From an uncultured Methanosarcinales archaeon (GTDB lineage Archaea > Nanobdellota > Nanobdellia > Woesearchaeales > BS150m-G63): a DNA stretch of 64,000 nt. The number at the start of each line of letters is the position of its first letter. The stretch's first letter is position 1. The position numbers and the translations under genes are program-made. The stretch spans positions 1-64,000 of the forward strand of contig CAZVVW010000005.1 in assembly GCA_964630685.1 (NCBI GenBank), in the 5' to 3' direction. This document shows positions 10,181 through 20,145 of this stretch, piece after piece. A model generated the notes under the pieces. That model did not search any database and was not told the DNA's origin. It saw nothing but the letters and a program-made list of their open reading frames with translations.

Positions 10181-10552
10181 ATGAAAAAAATAGTGTATAA
10201 AGGAATACATAAATTAAATAAACAAGAAGAGAAAAAATTAAATGTATTGGCCAAAGAGTATTTTGAAAAAATAAAATTAGTGTTAAAGGACTTGAATTCT
10301 ATACAAGTTAATGTTGATACTCATCATACAGAAGGTAAAAGAAAAAAATATGAGTTAAACATTAAAGCAATTGCACCTAGTAATGTTTTAAGAACTCAGG
10401 TTGATGAATGGGATCTAGCGAAAACAACCCATAAAGGATTTAAAAAAATTATTAAAGAAGCCCAACATAAAACGAAATATTCTGGGAAAAAAGTGAAAGG
10501 TAAATGGCGTATGGCTGGGCTACTTAAGAAAACAGGACTGTTTAGAAGGTGA
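10181..10552 (+). CDS. HPF/RaiA-like (ribosome hibernation factor-fold) protein, putative
   Basis: KKYELNIKAI..EWDLAKTTHKGFKKI resembles the archaeal HPF-like domain; GGAGGTG RBS. Confidence 0.55.
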   Translation: MKKIVYKGIHKLNKQEEKKLNVLAKEYFEKIKLVLKDLNSIQVNVDTHHTEGKRKKYELNIKAIAPSNVLRTQVDEWDLAKTTHKGFKKIIKEAQHKTKYSGKKVKGKWRMAGLLKKTGLFRR

Positions 10553-10642
10553 GATAGAAAAGTTTATAAATGGTAAATTAATCCTTGAATGTAAGAAAGA
10601 GAAGAAAAGAAGCAAGAGGTTTGCTTTTTCTCTAAATATAAG

Positions 10643-10981
10643 ATGAAACCTCTATTACCAAGTTTACGGGAAAAGAAAAGGTATTTGGCGTTTGAGATTA
10701 TCTCAAGCAAAAAAGTAAATAAAATGCCTTACGAAGAAATACAGAAATCTATGTTAGGTTTACATGGAAGTGTAGGTTTAGCTGATGCTGGATTAATATT
10801 CCTTAAAAACAAATGGAACACAGAATTACAAAGAGGTATAGTGAAAGTGAGTCATCGGAGTGTTGATGACTTAAAAGGAACATTATGTTTTGTTGATAAA
10901 ATTAATAATACAGAAAGCATCATAAAAAGTGTTGGTGTTTCTGGAATTTTAAAAAAGGCAGAGGAAAAATATTTGAGATAA
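10643..10981 (+). CDS. rnp2: ribonuclease P protein Pop5/Rpp14
   Basis: MKPLLPSLREKKRYLAFEIIS, GVSGILKKA; upstream of psmA. Confidence 0.92.
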   Translation: MKPLLPSLREKKRYLAFEIISSKKVNKMPYEEIQKSMLGLHGSVGLADAGLIFLKNKWNTELQRGIVKVSHRSVDDLKGTLCFVDKINNTESIIKSVGVSGILKKAEEKYLR

Positions 10982-11012
10982 AAAATTTAAAACTAGGAGG
11001 AGATAAAATAAA

Positions 11013-11738
11013 ATGGATCAAATGTCACATCAAGCAATGGGTTATGACAGGGCAATTACAATGTTTAGTCCTGACGGAAGATTGTTACAAGTAGAATATG
11101 CTAAAAAAACTGTAAAGCAAGGCTCAACTGCTATTGGAATAGTATGTAAAGATGGTGTTTTGTTGGTTACAGATAAAAGAATAGTTAGTAAATTAGTGGT
11201 TACTGGAGCTATTGAAAAAATATGGCAAATAGATGACCATGTTGGTGTTACTGCATCCGGAATATTATCTGATGCAAGAGTGTTAATAGAAAATGCTCAA
11301 GTAAAAGCACAACAACATAGAGTTACTTATAATAATGAAATAGATATCTTGAGTGTAGTTAAAGATATATGTCAATTAAAACAAATTTGCACTCAAAGTG
11401 GCGGATTAAGACCTTTTGGTGTAAGTTTATTGGTTGCAGGAGTAGATGAAACAGGCCCTGTATTATTTGAAACAGATCCTATTGGAATCTATTTTAGGTA
11501 TAAAGCAGCTGCAATCGGAGAAGGAGAAGCAGAAGTTGAACAAATGCTTGAAAAATATTACAAAGAAGATATGACTCTTGAAGAAGGATTGAAACTTGCA
11601 TTAAAAGCATTAAGTAAATCTCTCGGAAAAGGTTTCAAAGCAGAAAGGGTAGATGCAGCATATATCTCTGTTAAAGATAAAAAATTCCAAAAATTAGGAA
11701 GAAAAGATATTGATAAAGCTAGTAAGGGAAACAAGTGA
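11013..11738 (+). CDS. psmA: proteasome subunit alpha
   Basis: GYDRAITMFSPDGRLLQVEYA, RPFGVSLL. Confidence 0.97.
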   Translation: MDQMSHQAMGYDRAITMFSPDGRLLQVEYAKKTVKQGSTAIGIVCKDGVLLVTDKRIVSKLVVTGAIEKIWQIDDHVGVTASGILSDARVLIENAQVKAQQHRVTYNNEIDILSVVKDICQLKQICTQSGGLRPFGVSLLVAGVDETGPVLFETDPIGIYFRYKAAAIGEGEAEVEQMLEKYYKEDMTLEEGLKLALKALSKSLGKGFKAERVDAAYISVKDKKFQKLGRKDIDKASKGNK

Positions 11739-11747
11739 TGTAGATGT

Positions 11748-11785
11748 AAAACCAGAAGACTCATTAACATTCGTCTTCAGGCCTT
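11748..11785. repeat. AAGAC/GTCTT hairpin element, intergenic copy
   Basis: AAAACCAGAAGAC-N12-GTCTTCAGGCCTT; 28 of 38 positions identical to 1293-1330 by manual alignment. Confidence 0.7.
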
Positions 11786-11824
11786 GTTCACCCCTCGTAA
11801 AAACAGAACTCGGAGGTTCACAAG

Positions 11825-12538
11825 ATGGTAGGAATAACACATGATCATGAAAAGATTCATCTGAATCTTGGAAGAATAAAGAAGGAAGGGGAAAACTTTG
11901 AGATAGTTGTAGACCCTGATTTAGCTATTGAATTTAAAGATGGAAAAGAAGTAGATATTAGAGAAGTGTTAAAGAGTGAGGAAGTGTTTTCTGATGCTAA
12001 AAAAGGATTATTGTGTTCTGAAACAAGAATGAAAGAAGTGTTTGGCACTGAAGATGTTTTAGAAGTTGCAAAAATAATCTTAAAAGAAGGTGAAGTCCAA
12101 TTAACTGCAGAGTACCGGCAAAGTTTAATTGAAGCAAAAAGAAAACAAATTATAGAAAATATTCACAAAAATGCTGTTGATCCAAGTAATGGATTGCCTC
12201 ATCCAGTAGCAAGGATAGAGAATGCATTTGATGAAGCAAAGGTGCGGATTGATGAATTCAAATCTGCTAAAGATCAACTACAAGACATACTAAAACAGAT
12301 AAGGCCAATTTTACCAATAAGTTTTGAATTAAAAGAAATTGAGATAAAAATACCAGCAGAACATGCTGGAAAGGCTAATTCAATTGTTAGGAATCTTGCT
12401 AGTATAAAAAATGAAAATTGGCTGAACGATGGTTCTTGGTCAGTTGTTGTTGAGATTCCTGCTGGAATACAACAAGAATTATTTGACCGATTAAATGAAG
12501 TTGTTCATGGCGAATTAGAATCAAAAATATTAAAGTAA
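11825..12538 (+). CDS. ribosome maturation factor SBDS
   Basis: FEIVVDP, EVFSDAKKG, GEVQLTAEYR, PHPVARIENA. Confidence 0.95.
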   Translation: MVGITHDHEKIHLNLGRIKKEGENFEIVVDPDLAIEFKDGKEVDIREVLKSEEVFSDAKKGLLCSETRMKEVFGTEDVLEVAKIILKEGEVQLTAEYRQSLIEAKRKQIIENIHKNAVDPSNGLPHPVARIENAFDEAKVRIDEFKSAKDQLQDILKQIRPILPISFELKEIEIKIPAEHAGKANSIVRNLASIKNENWLNDGSWSVVVEIPAGIQQELFDRLNEVVHGELESKILK

Positions 12539-12557
12539 AATATAGGAGGAAAATACG

Positions 12558-13376
12558 ATGAGTAAATTATTAGTAAAAGAAAGAGACGTTGTTGTCCCTG
12601 GCGAAGATATTGTAGAAGGGATGGATTACTTACCATCTAAAGGAACATATAGGGAAGGAGATAAAATAGTTGCTTCCCAATTAGGATTAGTTAGGATAGA
12701 TGGAAAAGTGATAAAAGTTATACCACTATCAGGAAAATATTCCCCTAAAAGGGGAGACACAGTAATCGGAAAAGTGATTGATGTGTTAATGAGTGGTTGG
12801 AGAATAGACATGGATGGAGCATATTCTGCAATGTTGGGATTAAAAGAAGCTACTTCTTCATTTATAGCAAGAGGTGCTGATTTAACAAAATATTATGATA
12901 TTGGAGACTATATCGCAGTTAATATTACAAATGTTACAAGTCAAAAATTAATTGATGTTAGTATGCGAGGTCCTGGGCTAAGGAAACTTGAAGGTGGCTG
13001 TTTTATTGAAGTCAACACAAGCAAAGTGCCTAGAATTATAGGTAAACAGGGTTCAATGATTTCTATGATAAAACAAGCAACTGATTGTAGGGTAATTGTT
13101 GGTCAAAATGGTATTGTTTGGATATCTGGAACTCCAGAAATGGAAGCTATTGTAATTGATGTAATTAAAAAAATTGCAAAAGAAGCGCATGTTCCAGGAT
13201 TAACAGATACAATTCAAAAATATTTGGACAAAAAAGTTCCAAAGAAAAAACCTGTTGAACCTAAAGCTGTAGCTACAGAAGCTGAAGAAGAATCAAAAAA
13301 AGATTCTTCAACCAAAGAAGAAATTAAAGATACTAAGGAGAAAGAAAACACCCCAAGTAAGGAGGAGAAAAAATGA
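12558..13376 (+). CDS. rrp4: exosome RNA-binding protein Rrp4
   Basis: VVPGE, S1 domain, KVPRIIGKQGSMI KH motif, GQNGIVWI; charged tail. Confidence 0.95.
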   Translation: MSKLLVKERDVVVPGEDIVEGMDYLPSKGTYREGDKIVASQLGLVRIDGKVIKVIPLSGKYSPKRGDTVIGKVIDVLMSGWRIDMDGAYSAMLGLKEATSSFIARGADLTKYYDIGDYIAVNITNVTSQKLIDVSMRGPGLRKLEGGCFIEVNTSKVPRIIGKQGSMISMIKQATDCRVIVGQNGIVWISGTPEMEAIVIDVIKKIAKEAHVPGLTDTIQKYLDKKVPKKKPVEPKAVATEAEEESKKDSSTKEEIKDTKEKENTPSKEEKK

Positions 13377-14068
13377 GTTATAAGAAAAGATTAGATGGGA
13401 GAAAATTCGATGAATTGCGACCTATTGAAGCAAAAGCAGGCATTATAGCAAGAGCAGATGGCTCTGGTTATTTTAAAATTGGAAACACAATTGCCTATGC
13501 GGCTGTTTATGGTCCAAGGGAATTATATCCAAGATTTATGCAAAATCCTGAAAAAGGAATAATAAGGGTTAACTATAATATGCTTCCATTTTCTAGTAAA
13601 GGAAACAGGGTACGACCTGGAGGAAGTAGGCGAAGTCAAGAAATTTCAATGGTAACTGAAAAGGCATTGTTGCCGGTTCTTAATTTGGAAGAATTTCCAA
13701 ATTCAGTTGTAGATATATTTATTGAGTTACCTCAAACAGATGCAGGAACAAGATGTGCAGGTATTTGTGCTGCTTCAATCGCTTTAGCAGATGCTGGCAT
13801 AACTATGAAAGACATGGTTTCTTCAGTCTCTGTAGGGAGAGTTGACGACCAAGTTGTTGTTGATTTAAACTATGATGAAGAAGCATATGATGCGCCTGTA
13901 GCAGATGTACCTCTTGCTTTTTTAAATAAGAGTGATGAGATTTCATTGCTTCAGATGGACGGAGATATAACTGAAGAACAATTGTTCAAAGCAGTTGAAA
14001 TGGGAAAGAAAGCTTGTAAACAAATAAATAAAGCACAAAAAGAAGCTTTGAAAAATAAATATAAGTGA
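13373..14068 (+). CDS. rrp41: exosome exonuclease Rrp41
   Basis: RLDGRKFDELRPI, AVYGPRE, DAGTRCA, LLQMDG. Confidence 0.96.
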   Translation: MSYKKRLDGRKFDELRPIEAKAGIIARADGSGYFKIGNTIAYAAVYGPRELYPRFMQNPEKGIIRVNYNMLPFSSKGNRVRPGGSRRSQEISMVTEKALLPVLNLEEFPNSVVDIFIELPQTDAGTRCAGICAASIALADAGITMKDMVSSVSVGRVDDQVVVDLNYDEEAYDAPVADVPLAFLNKSDEISLLQMDGDITEEQLFKAVEMGKKACKQINKAQKEALKNKYK

Positions 14069-14078
14069 GGTTAAGAAA

Positions 14079-14849
14079 ATGGAACAAGAAAATAATGATC
14101 ATCTGGTAAAGGCATTAGAAGCTGATGTTAGATTTGATGGAAGAAAAAAATTACAATATAGAGATATAACAATAGAATCTGGAGTTTACAAAAACGCTGA
14201 AGGTTCTGCAAGAGTGACTATTGGCGGAACTGAAGTTTTGGCAGGAGTCAAAATGGAAATCAGAGAACCATACCCTGATAGCCCTGATAAAGGAACTATT
14301 ATGGTTGGTGCTGAATTAATACCTTTAGCTAATCCAGAATTTGAATTAGGAAGACCAAGTATTCAAGCTGTTGAATTAGCAAGAGTTGTGGATAGAGGAA
14401 TTAGAGAATCTGGAATGATTGATTTTAAGAAACTCTGCATCAAAAAAGGAGAAAACGTTTGGGTAGTTTCTATCGATATAGTGCCTATGAATGATGAAGG
14501 GAACTTATTTGATGCGTCTGCTTTAGCTGCTTTGGTTGCTGTAAAAGATGCTGTTTTTCCTAAATTAGATGGAGATGTAATTGATTATTCGGAAAAAACA
14601 AAAAATAAATTACCTTTAGATAAGGAACCAATTTCAGTTACAGTATTAAAGATTGGAAAACACTTTATAGTGGATCCTACAATCACTGAAGAATCTAAAA
14701 TCGATGCTAGATTAATGACTTCTTTTGGTGAAGATGGAACAATCCATGCTATGCAAAAAGGTGGAGAATCTCCTTTAAGTGCTGATGACTTGAAAGAAAT
14801 GGTAAAAATAGCAAAGACTAAATCAAAAGAACTTAGAAAATTTATTTGA
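14079..14849 (+). CDS. rrp42: exosome protein Rrp42
   Basis: RFDGRK, AEGSARV, ELARVVDRGIRES, DEGNLFDA, AMQKGG. Confidence 0.96.
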   Translation: MEQENNDHLVKALEADVRFDGRKKLQYRDITIESGVYKNAEGSARVTIGGTEVLAGVKMEIREPYPDSPDKGTIMVGAELIPLANPEFELGRPSIQAVELARVVDRGIRESGMIDFKKLCIKKGENVWVVSIDIVPMNDEGNLFDASALAALVAVKDAVFPKLDGDVIDYSEKTKNKLPLDKEPISVTVLKIGKHFIVDPTITEESKIDARLMTSFGEDGTIHAMQKGGESPLSADDLKEMVKIAKTKSKELRKFI

Positions 14850-14860
14850 GGTGATATAAT

Positions 14861-15100
14861 ATGGCTGAAGATAAAAAAGTAAGTTACACTAAGTATGAAA
14901 AAGCAAGGATGATAGGAAGTAGAGCTCTACAACTTTCTCAGGGAGCTCCTTTTTATGTGAAATTAAGTGAAAAAGAATTAAAAGCGATAAAATATAACCC
15001 TATAGAGATTGCAACCTTAGAATTTGATCAAGGGTTACTTCCTATAACAGTTAAAAGACCTTTAACTAAAAAAGGAAAAGAAGAGGACGAAAAGAATTAG
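14861..15100 (+). CDS. rpoK: DNA-directed RNA polymerase subunit K (Rpo6)
   Basis: TKYEKARMIGSRALQLSQGAP, LPITVKR. Confidence 0.95.
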   Translation: MAEDKKVSYTKYEKARMIGSRALQLSQGAPFYVKLSEKELKAIKYNPIEIATLEFDQGLLPITVKRPLTKKGKEEDEKN

Positions 15101-15157
15101 CTCTTCAAAAAAGAAAAAATAAAATTATGCTGAAATTATTTCAGCAAAATTCTTTTT

Positions 15158-15547
15158 TCACATTAGAAATGCTCCAATTATTAGGAGTATTCCTATGATC
15201 ACATAAAGATATGGGCTGTATAAAAATGCCAAGAAAGGTATGGCTATACTTATACCAAAATTTGCTAAAAGAGGTATGATGCCCATTATTGTGACTACTA
15301 TTCCTGCTATGATGCTGACCCATTTCATGAAATCTTCGTCTTCTATAAAACCCATTATCATAAGATAGATTCCGCCTACTGTAAGGAGTATTTCTAACAC
15401 TATCCCTGCTGGTGTGTATGGTAGATTAAAATCTAAAACTCCAAATTTGTTTAGTAATGGAAATATACCCATTACAAAAATGAGTAAACCTAGAATTAAT
15501 CCCGGAAGACTTTTTTCAACTTCCCAGTCACCTTTTTTGTCCCACAT
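15158..15547 (-). CDS. membrane protein (about 4 TM)
   Basis: Hydrophobic helices with internal repeat (MGIFPLL/MGIIPLL); GAGGTGAT RBS. Confidence 0.75.
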   Translation of the reverse strand: MWDKKGDWEVEKSLPGLILGLLIFVMGIFPLLNKFGVLDFNLPYTPAGIVLEILLTVGGIYLMIMGFIEDEDFMKWVSIIAGIVVTIMGIIPLLANFGISIAIPFLAFLYSPYLYVIIGILLIIGAFLM

Positions 15548-15617
15548 TGATATCACCTCTGAGTATGATGTAAGGTATAAAGAAGAGGGGATATATAAAA
15601 CTTACTTCTAAAAAGAT

Positions 15618-16553
15618 TCAACAACTAATGTTTTTAGGTGAACATTTCTTTTGGGGTTTGTCTTTTAGAGAAAGAATTATTTCGCACTTTTTGCAAATTT
15701 CTTTGCTTGCTGGACCTTCACAAATAGTGCATTCATTTACAGTTCCTTTTACTTTATCCTTTTGCTTGTGAACTGTTTCTAAAAAGAATCTTACTATTTT
15801 ATATTTTACATCTGGGTGGTCTTTTTCGAATTTATTCAACATATCTAAAAATTTCTTCCTGTAAGAGTTTGTTCTACAAGGGCAAGGAGTGTAATTTACT
15901 GGGAATTTCATTAGTTTTGAATATGTTTCTGCCTCTTTTTCTGAACAGAGATATAATGGTTTTACCCTTCTTACAAATGCTTTGGTTTCTTTTGAACCTG
16001 CGATTGGACCTTGCCTTCTTGCTAATTTAGGATCATTTCTGAATATGTTCATAAGAAAAGCTTGTGCTTCATCGTCTAGGTTATGTCCTGTAACCAACAC
16101 ATCTAATTTATGTTTTTTAGCGTATTTGTTTAACAAAAATCTTCTTAGAATTCCGCAAACCATACAAGAAGAATAATTATGTCCTTTGGAGTTTAATACT
16201 GATTTTAGATAGCAAAGAGAGTATCCAAACTCTTTTCTGAAAGAAATTTCATTTAGTTTTATTTCGTATTTTTTGCAGACTGATTTTAGGTTTTTTAGGT
16301 TTTCTTTTGTGTAATTTCCAATTAAAGCGTCAACTGTTAGTGCGATTGGATTGTAACCTAGTTTATGTAGAATGTACATCACAACAGTAGAATCTTTTCC
16401 CCCAGATACAGCCACGCCTATTTTCTCTTTATGTGTGAATAATTTAAACTTTCTTATTGTTTTTCTTACTTTATTTTCAAAATAATCTATAAAATGAGAC
16501 CTACATAAATCTGAACATATTGCCTTCTTTCCGCATTTAATACACTTTTTCAT
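15618..16553 (-). CDS. TtuA/Ncs6-family tRNA 2-thiolation protein (TIGR00269-like)
   Basis: PP-loop VAVSGGKDS, CxxC (CMVCG), TGHNLDDEAQ, N- and C-terminal Zn fingers. Confidence 0.88.
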   Translation of the reverse strand: MKKCIKCGKKAICSDLCRSHFIDYFENKVRKTIRKFKLFTHKEKIGVAVSGGKDSTVVMYILHKLGYNPIALTVDALIGNYTKENLKNLKSVCKKYEIKLNEISFRKEFGYSLCYLKSVLNSKGHNYSSCMVCGILRRFLLNKYAKKHKLDVLVTGHNLDDEAQAFLMNIFRNDPKLARRQGPIAGSKETKAFVRRVKPLYLCSEKEAETYSKLMKFPVNYTPCPCRTNSYRKKFLDMLNKFEKDHPDVKYKIVRFFLETVHKQKDKVKGTVNECTICEGPASKEICKKCEIILSLKDKPQKKCSPKNISC

Positions 16554-16606
16554 AAGAATTTGTTGGTTTGTGGGGGTTTTTATTATTTGTGGTTTTAATT
16601 AGTGAT

Positions 16607-17623
16607 TCAAGAAATAACATTCACTGGCTTTTTCTTTAAAAAAGAAGTAATATTTGTGATTGTTGTGTCAACAATTCTCTTTATTGCTTCTTTACTATTA
16701 AAGGCATTGTGAGGAGTAAATACTACATTATCCATTTTAAATATTTCATAGTCTTTGACTAATTGCTTCCATTTTTTTAAGTGTTTTTCTTTGTAAAGTC
16801 TTTGTTTTTCTTCTCTCACCATCTCTTCACCTTCAATCACATCTAAACCAGCTCCAGCAATGTGTTTTTTCTTTAAAGCAGAGTATAATGCCTCTGTTTC
16901 TATGAGTCCCCCTCTGGCTGTATTAATCAGGATTGCGCCCTTTTTGATTTTGCTTATATTCTCTTTGTTAATTATGTGATGAGTATATTTATTCAATGGA
17001 GCATGTAATGTAATTATATCTGAATGTGATAATAGGTTATCTAAATCAGAATATTCAAAACCAAGTACTTCTGAAAGAAATTTATTTTTTCTCACATCAT
17101 AAGCTAAAACTTTCATGCCAAACCCTTTTGCGATTTTGATTACATGCAAACCAATATGGCCTGCACCAATTACACCCAAAGTTTTTCCTTTCAAATCAAA
17201 ACCAGTTAATCCATCTATTGAAAAATCATCTTTTAATGTCCTTACATAAGATTTGTGAATGTGCCTTGAAAGGGATAATATTAATCCAAAAGTGTGTTCA
17301 GCTACAGTGTTTTCCCCATAAAAAGGTACATTAGTAACAACTATTTTCTTTTTTCTACATAATTTTGTATCAATATGGTCAAAACCAGTTGATCTTGTAG
17401 ATATCATCTTTAAGTTAGGAAATTGCTTGATGACTTCTTTATTAATTTTAGAATTAATAAAAACAGAAATTATATCTGCATTTTTTGCTTTTTTGATGTT
17501 CTCGGGAGTTGTGTGCTCATTAAAGAAATAAAGGGTATGACTTTTTAATTGATCTCTTATGTGTGGTTTTTCCCATGCTTCTGAACGTTTAATTCCAAAA
17601 AATGCTATTTTTATCTTAATCAC
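16607..17623 (-). CDS. D-2-hydroxyacid (D-lactate-like) dehydrogenase
   Basis: STRSTGFDHID, VAEH, GAGHIG, INTARGGLI, GLDVIEGE, TPHNAF; start uncertain. Confidence 0.9.
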   Translation of the reverse strand: MIKIKIAFFGIKRSEAWEKPHIRDQLKSHTLYFFNEHTTPENIKKAKNADIISVFINSKINKEVIKQFPNLKMISTRSTGFDHIDTKLCRKKKIVVTNVPFYGENTVAEHTFGLILSLSRHIHKSYVRTLKDDFSIDGLTGFDLKGKTLGVIGAGHIGLHVIKIAKGFGMKVLAYDVRKNKFLSEVLGFEYSDLDNLLSHSDIITLHAPLNKYTHHIINKENISKIKKGAILINTARGGLIETEALYSALKKKHIAGAGLDVIEGEEMVREEKQRLYKEKHLKKWKQLVKDYEIFKMDNVVFTPHNAFNSKEAIKRIVDTTITNITSFLKKKPVNVIS

Positions 17624-17707
17624 CTCGTCTGATTATTAAAATGGTTTAAGTATTTAATTTTAACTATTTATAAAAAAAGAAAAAATAATGATTATGTTCG
17701 CTTAAAA

Positions 17708-18085
17708 TTATTTTAAGTTCCATAAACCATGTAAATTACAGTATGCTCTTGCTGTGATATCTTCTGTTTTTATGTTGAATTCTGCTGTTGGTGCATCTCC
17801 AGGATTTAAGTCTTGCCGATACACTTTTCCGCCTGCTATAACTTCTATCCATTCAATATAATGATCAGATTCCATCGGATGTTCAACAGAGCCCACTTTT
17901 ACTTTGACTCCAGTTTCAGTTTTTTCTATAACTGGAACGTGTTTCTCTTGTGCAGCATCTTCTGTATTTTCAGTCATTAATTTCATAGGTTTATTGCAAC
18001 ATACTAATTCACCTACACCACCATGCAATACTTCAACAATATTCCCACAAATATTGCATTTATAGATTTGTTTTTGTTCAGCCAT
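17708..18085 (-). CDS. dfx: desulfoferrodoxin (2Fe superoxide reductase)
   Basis: [37 protein letters not shown]. Confidence 0.96.
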   Translation of the reverse strand: MAEQKQIYKCNICGNIVEVLHGGVGELVCCNKPMKLMTENTEDAAQEKHVPVIEKTETGVKVKVGSVEHPMESDHYIEWIEVIAGGKVYRQDLNPGDAPTAEFNIKTEDITARAYCNLHGLWNLK

Positions 18086-18096
18086 TTTATTGTTTC

Positions 18097-18621
18097 TTAA
18101 AATTCACACATATCTTCTGGCTCAAAATGTTCTTGTTTATGTTTGCAAGAGGGGCATTCTCTTGGCGCTTCTTTGCCTTTGTGAATGTATCCACATTTAT
18201 CACATTTCCATTTTATTGGTTTATCTCTTTTGAATACATTTCCTTTTTCAACCATTTCTAAGAGTTTTTTATATCTCTCTTCATGATGTTTTTCAGTTTT
18301 TCCTATTTCTGCAAATAATTTAGCAGCTTCTTTGTTTCCTTCTTCTTCTGCATCTTTAACGAAATCAGGATACATATTTTCTGTTTCAAAATGCTCTCCT
18401 TCGATTGCTGCTTTTAGATTTGCTTTTGTAGTTCCAATACCATTTAGTAATTTAAACTCATCTTTTGCGTGTTGCATCTCGTTATTTGCTGTTTCTTCAA
18501 ATATTTTTGCTATGTAATTATAGCCTTCTTTTTTTGCCACTTTTGCAAAAAAAGTATATTTATTCCTTGCTTGGCTTTCACCCGCAAAGGCTGCTTTTAG
18601 ATTCTGTTTTGTTTTACTCAT
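18097..18621 (-). CDS. rbr: rubrerythrin
   Basis: [12 protein letters not shown], ExxH motifs, C-terminal rubredoxin [12 protein letters not shown]. Confidence 0.95.
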   Translation of the reverse strand: MSKTKQNLKAAFAGESQARNKYTFFAKVAKKEGYNYIAKIFEETANNEMQHAKDEFKLLNGIGTTKANLKAAIEGEHFETENMYPDFVKDAEEEGNKEAAKLFAEIGKTEKHHEERYKKLLEMVEKGNVFKRDKPIKWKCDKCGYIHKGKEAPRECPSCKHKQEHFEPEDMCEF

Positions 18622-18622
18622 T

Positions 18623-19000
18623 TTATTTTTTCCTCCGGCATTTACTACAAATGCCATTAAATATTATATGAACATTATTTACCCTAAACTTATTTTGATC
18701 AATTTCATCAAGAGCATACTCTGATATGTCTGGGTGGAATATATCATGTATTTTTCCACATTTATCACATACAAAATGTTGATGTAAAGAAGTATCTGCA
18801 TCAAAATGATATTGCCCTTTTACTTCTAATTTAAGAATTTGATTAGCTTCAGCCATTTGGTTTAAATTTCTATGTACAGTTGCTAGGCTTATTGTATGTA
18901 TTTTTGATTTAATTTTTTTATATACCTGTTCTGCTGTAGGGTGTGTTTTTACACCTTTCAAGTATTCTAAAATCTTTAATCTTTGGTGAGTATTTTTCAT
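18623..19000 (-). CDS. Fur/PerR family transcriptional regulator
   Basis: THPTAEQVY, ISLATVHRNL, HQHFVCDKCG, CSKC; heads the rbr-dfx operon. Confidence 0.92.
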   Translation of the reverse strand: MKNTHQRLKILEYLKGVKTHPTAEQVYKKIKSKIHTISLATVHRNLNQMAEANQILKLEVKGQYHFDADTSLHQHFVCDKCGKIHDIFHPDISEYALDEIDQNKFRVNNVHIIFNGICSKCRRKK

Positions 19001-19015
19001 TTTGATATTTATTTT

Positions 19016-19036
19016 AAATAATAATGATTACTATTT
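19016..19036. promoter_or_regulatory. Per/Fur-box-like operator
   Basis: AAATAATAAT-G-ATTACTATTT near-perfect palindrome between TATA (about 19052-19059) and the regulator's start. Confidence 0.6.
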
Positions 19037-19138
19037 AGGAATTAATCCTACTTTATAAAGTTTTTGGAATTGTGATAAATATGAAAAAGATTAATCACAA
19101 CAGAAAAAGTTAAAAAGCCCTATCTATTATGATGGGTT

Positions 19139-19426
19139 ATGAAAGAAATAACTGATGAAAAACTCAGAAAATACTTTTCAGTAACAAGAAAAGCATTAGA
19201 TGTGTTAAAAATAGTTGCACCTACAAAAACCCCTTTACATGATGTTGCAAAAGATTTCCTTAAAATGGCTGTAAATTATTTTAAAGATGCTGCTCATTTT
19301 AAAGAAAAGGGAGAATATGTTAATGCTTTTGCTGCCTTAAATTATGCACATGGTTGGCTTGATGCTGGAGCAAGACTGGGTCTTTTTGATGTAAATCATA
19401 ATAATAAATTATTTACTGTTGATTGA
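19139..19426 (+). CDS. DUF357 family protein
   Basis: YFKDAAHFKEKGEYVNAFAALNYAHGWLDAGARLG. Confidence 0.9.
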   Translation: MKEITDEKLRKYFSVTRKALDVLKIVAPTKTPLHDVAKDFLKMAVNYFKDAAHFKEKGEYVNAFAALNYAHGWLDAGARLGLFDVNHNNKLFTVD

Positions 19427-19449
19427 TTATTGAATTAATTCTATATTGC

Positions 19450-20145
19450 TTAGATCATTCCTAGAGAAAGAGCAACAGCCATTGCTATACCTATTAAAAT
19501 CATTATTATTCCAGCTATAAGGTGGAGTAATCTCAATCTTCTTTGTCTTAATCTTTCTAACCTTTCTGTAGTAGAAAGTCCATTATAAACAATGAGTGTG
19601 ATAGCAATCATTGGAGAAATGAATATTAAGTTGTAAAGTAAAAGGTAGAGTATTCCTGCTAGTTGTGTTGCTTGTTTTGCCAGCAATCCAAGGATTACTA
19701 TGTAAGGTCCTGAGGTGCAGGGCAAGAGAAAAAGACTTACTATAAATCCAACTACAAGTGCTCCTGGAATTGAAGTTATTCCTGTAATCAATTTTTTCAT
19801 TCTTGGACGCCAACTTATTGGCACTTCCATTAAAATTCCTTTACCATACCAAAAATAATCTTTCACATTCATTATTCCTACTATAAATGCCAACATTGTT
19901 ACAACAATGTAGAAAGTTCTTGTTAATCCAGATGCCTGGAGTGCACTAAATAACCCTAAACCCATCAAGAAGTAAGAAATATAAATTGCAGCTGAAAAAG
20001 TAAATCCTGCTAATAATGCTCTTTTTCTTTTTCCTGTTGAGAGTATTGCTGTCATTAATAAAATTAGTACTGCAAAGGCACATGGATTTATTGCGTCAAC
20101 TATTGCTGCGCCGATTACGACTGGAATTGTTAGTGCTGTAGTCAT
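19450..20145 (-). CDS. CcdA/DsbD-like membrane disulfide-transfer protein
   Basis: DAINPCAFAVL and LPCTSGPY motifs, multiple TM helices. Confidence 0.85.
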   Translation of the reverse strand: MTTALTIPVVIGAAIVDAINPCAFAVLILLMTAILSTGKRKRALLAGFTFSAAIYISYFLMGLGLFSALQASGLTRTFYIVVTMLAFIVGIMNVKDYFWYGKGILMEVPISWRPRMKKLITGITSIPGALVVGFIVSLFLLPCTSGPYIVILGLLAKQATQLAGILYLLLYNLIFISPMIAITLIVYNGLSTTERLERLRQRRLRLLHLIAGIIMILIGIAMAVALSLGMI

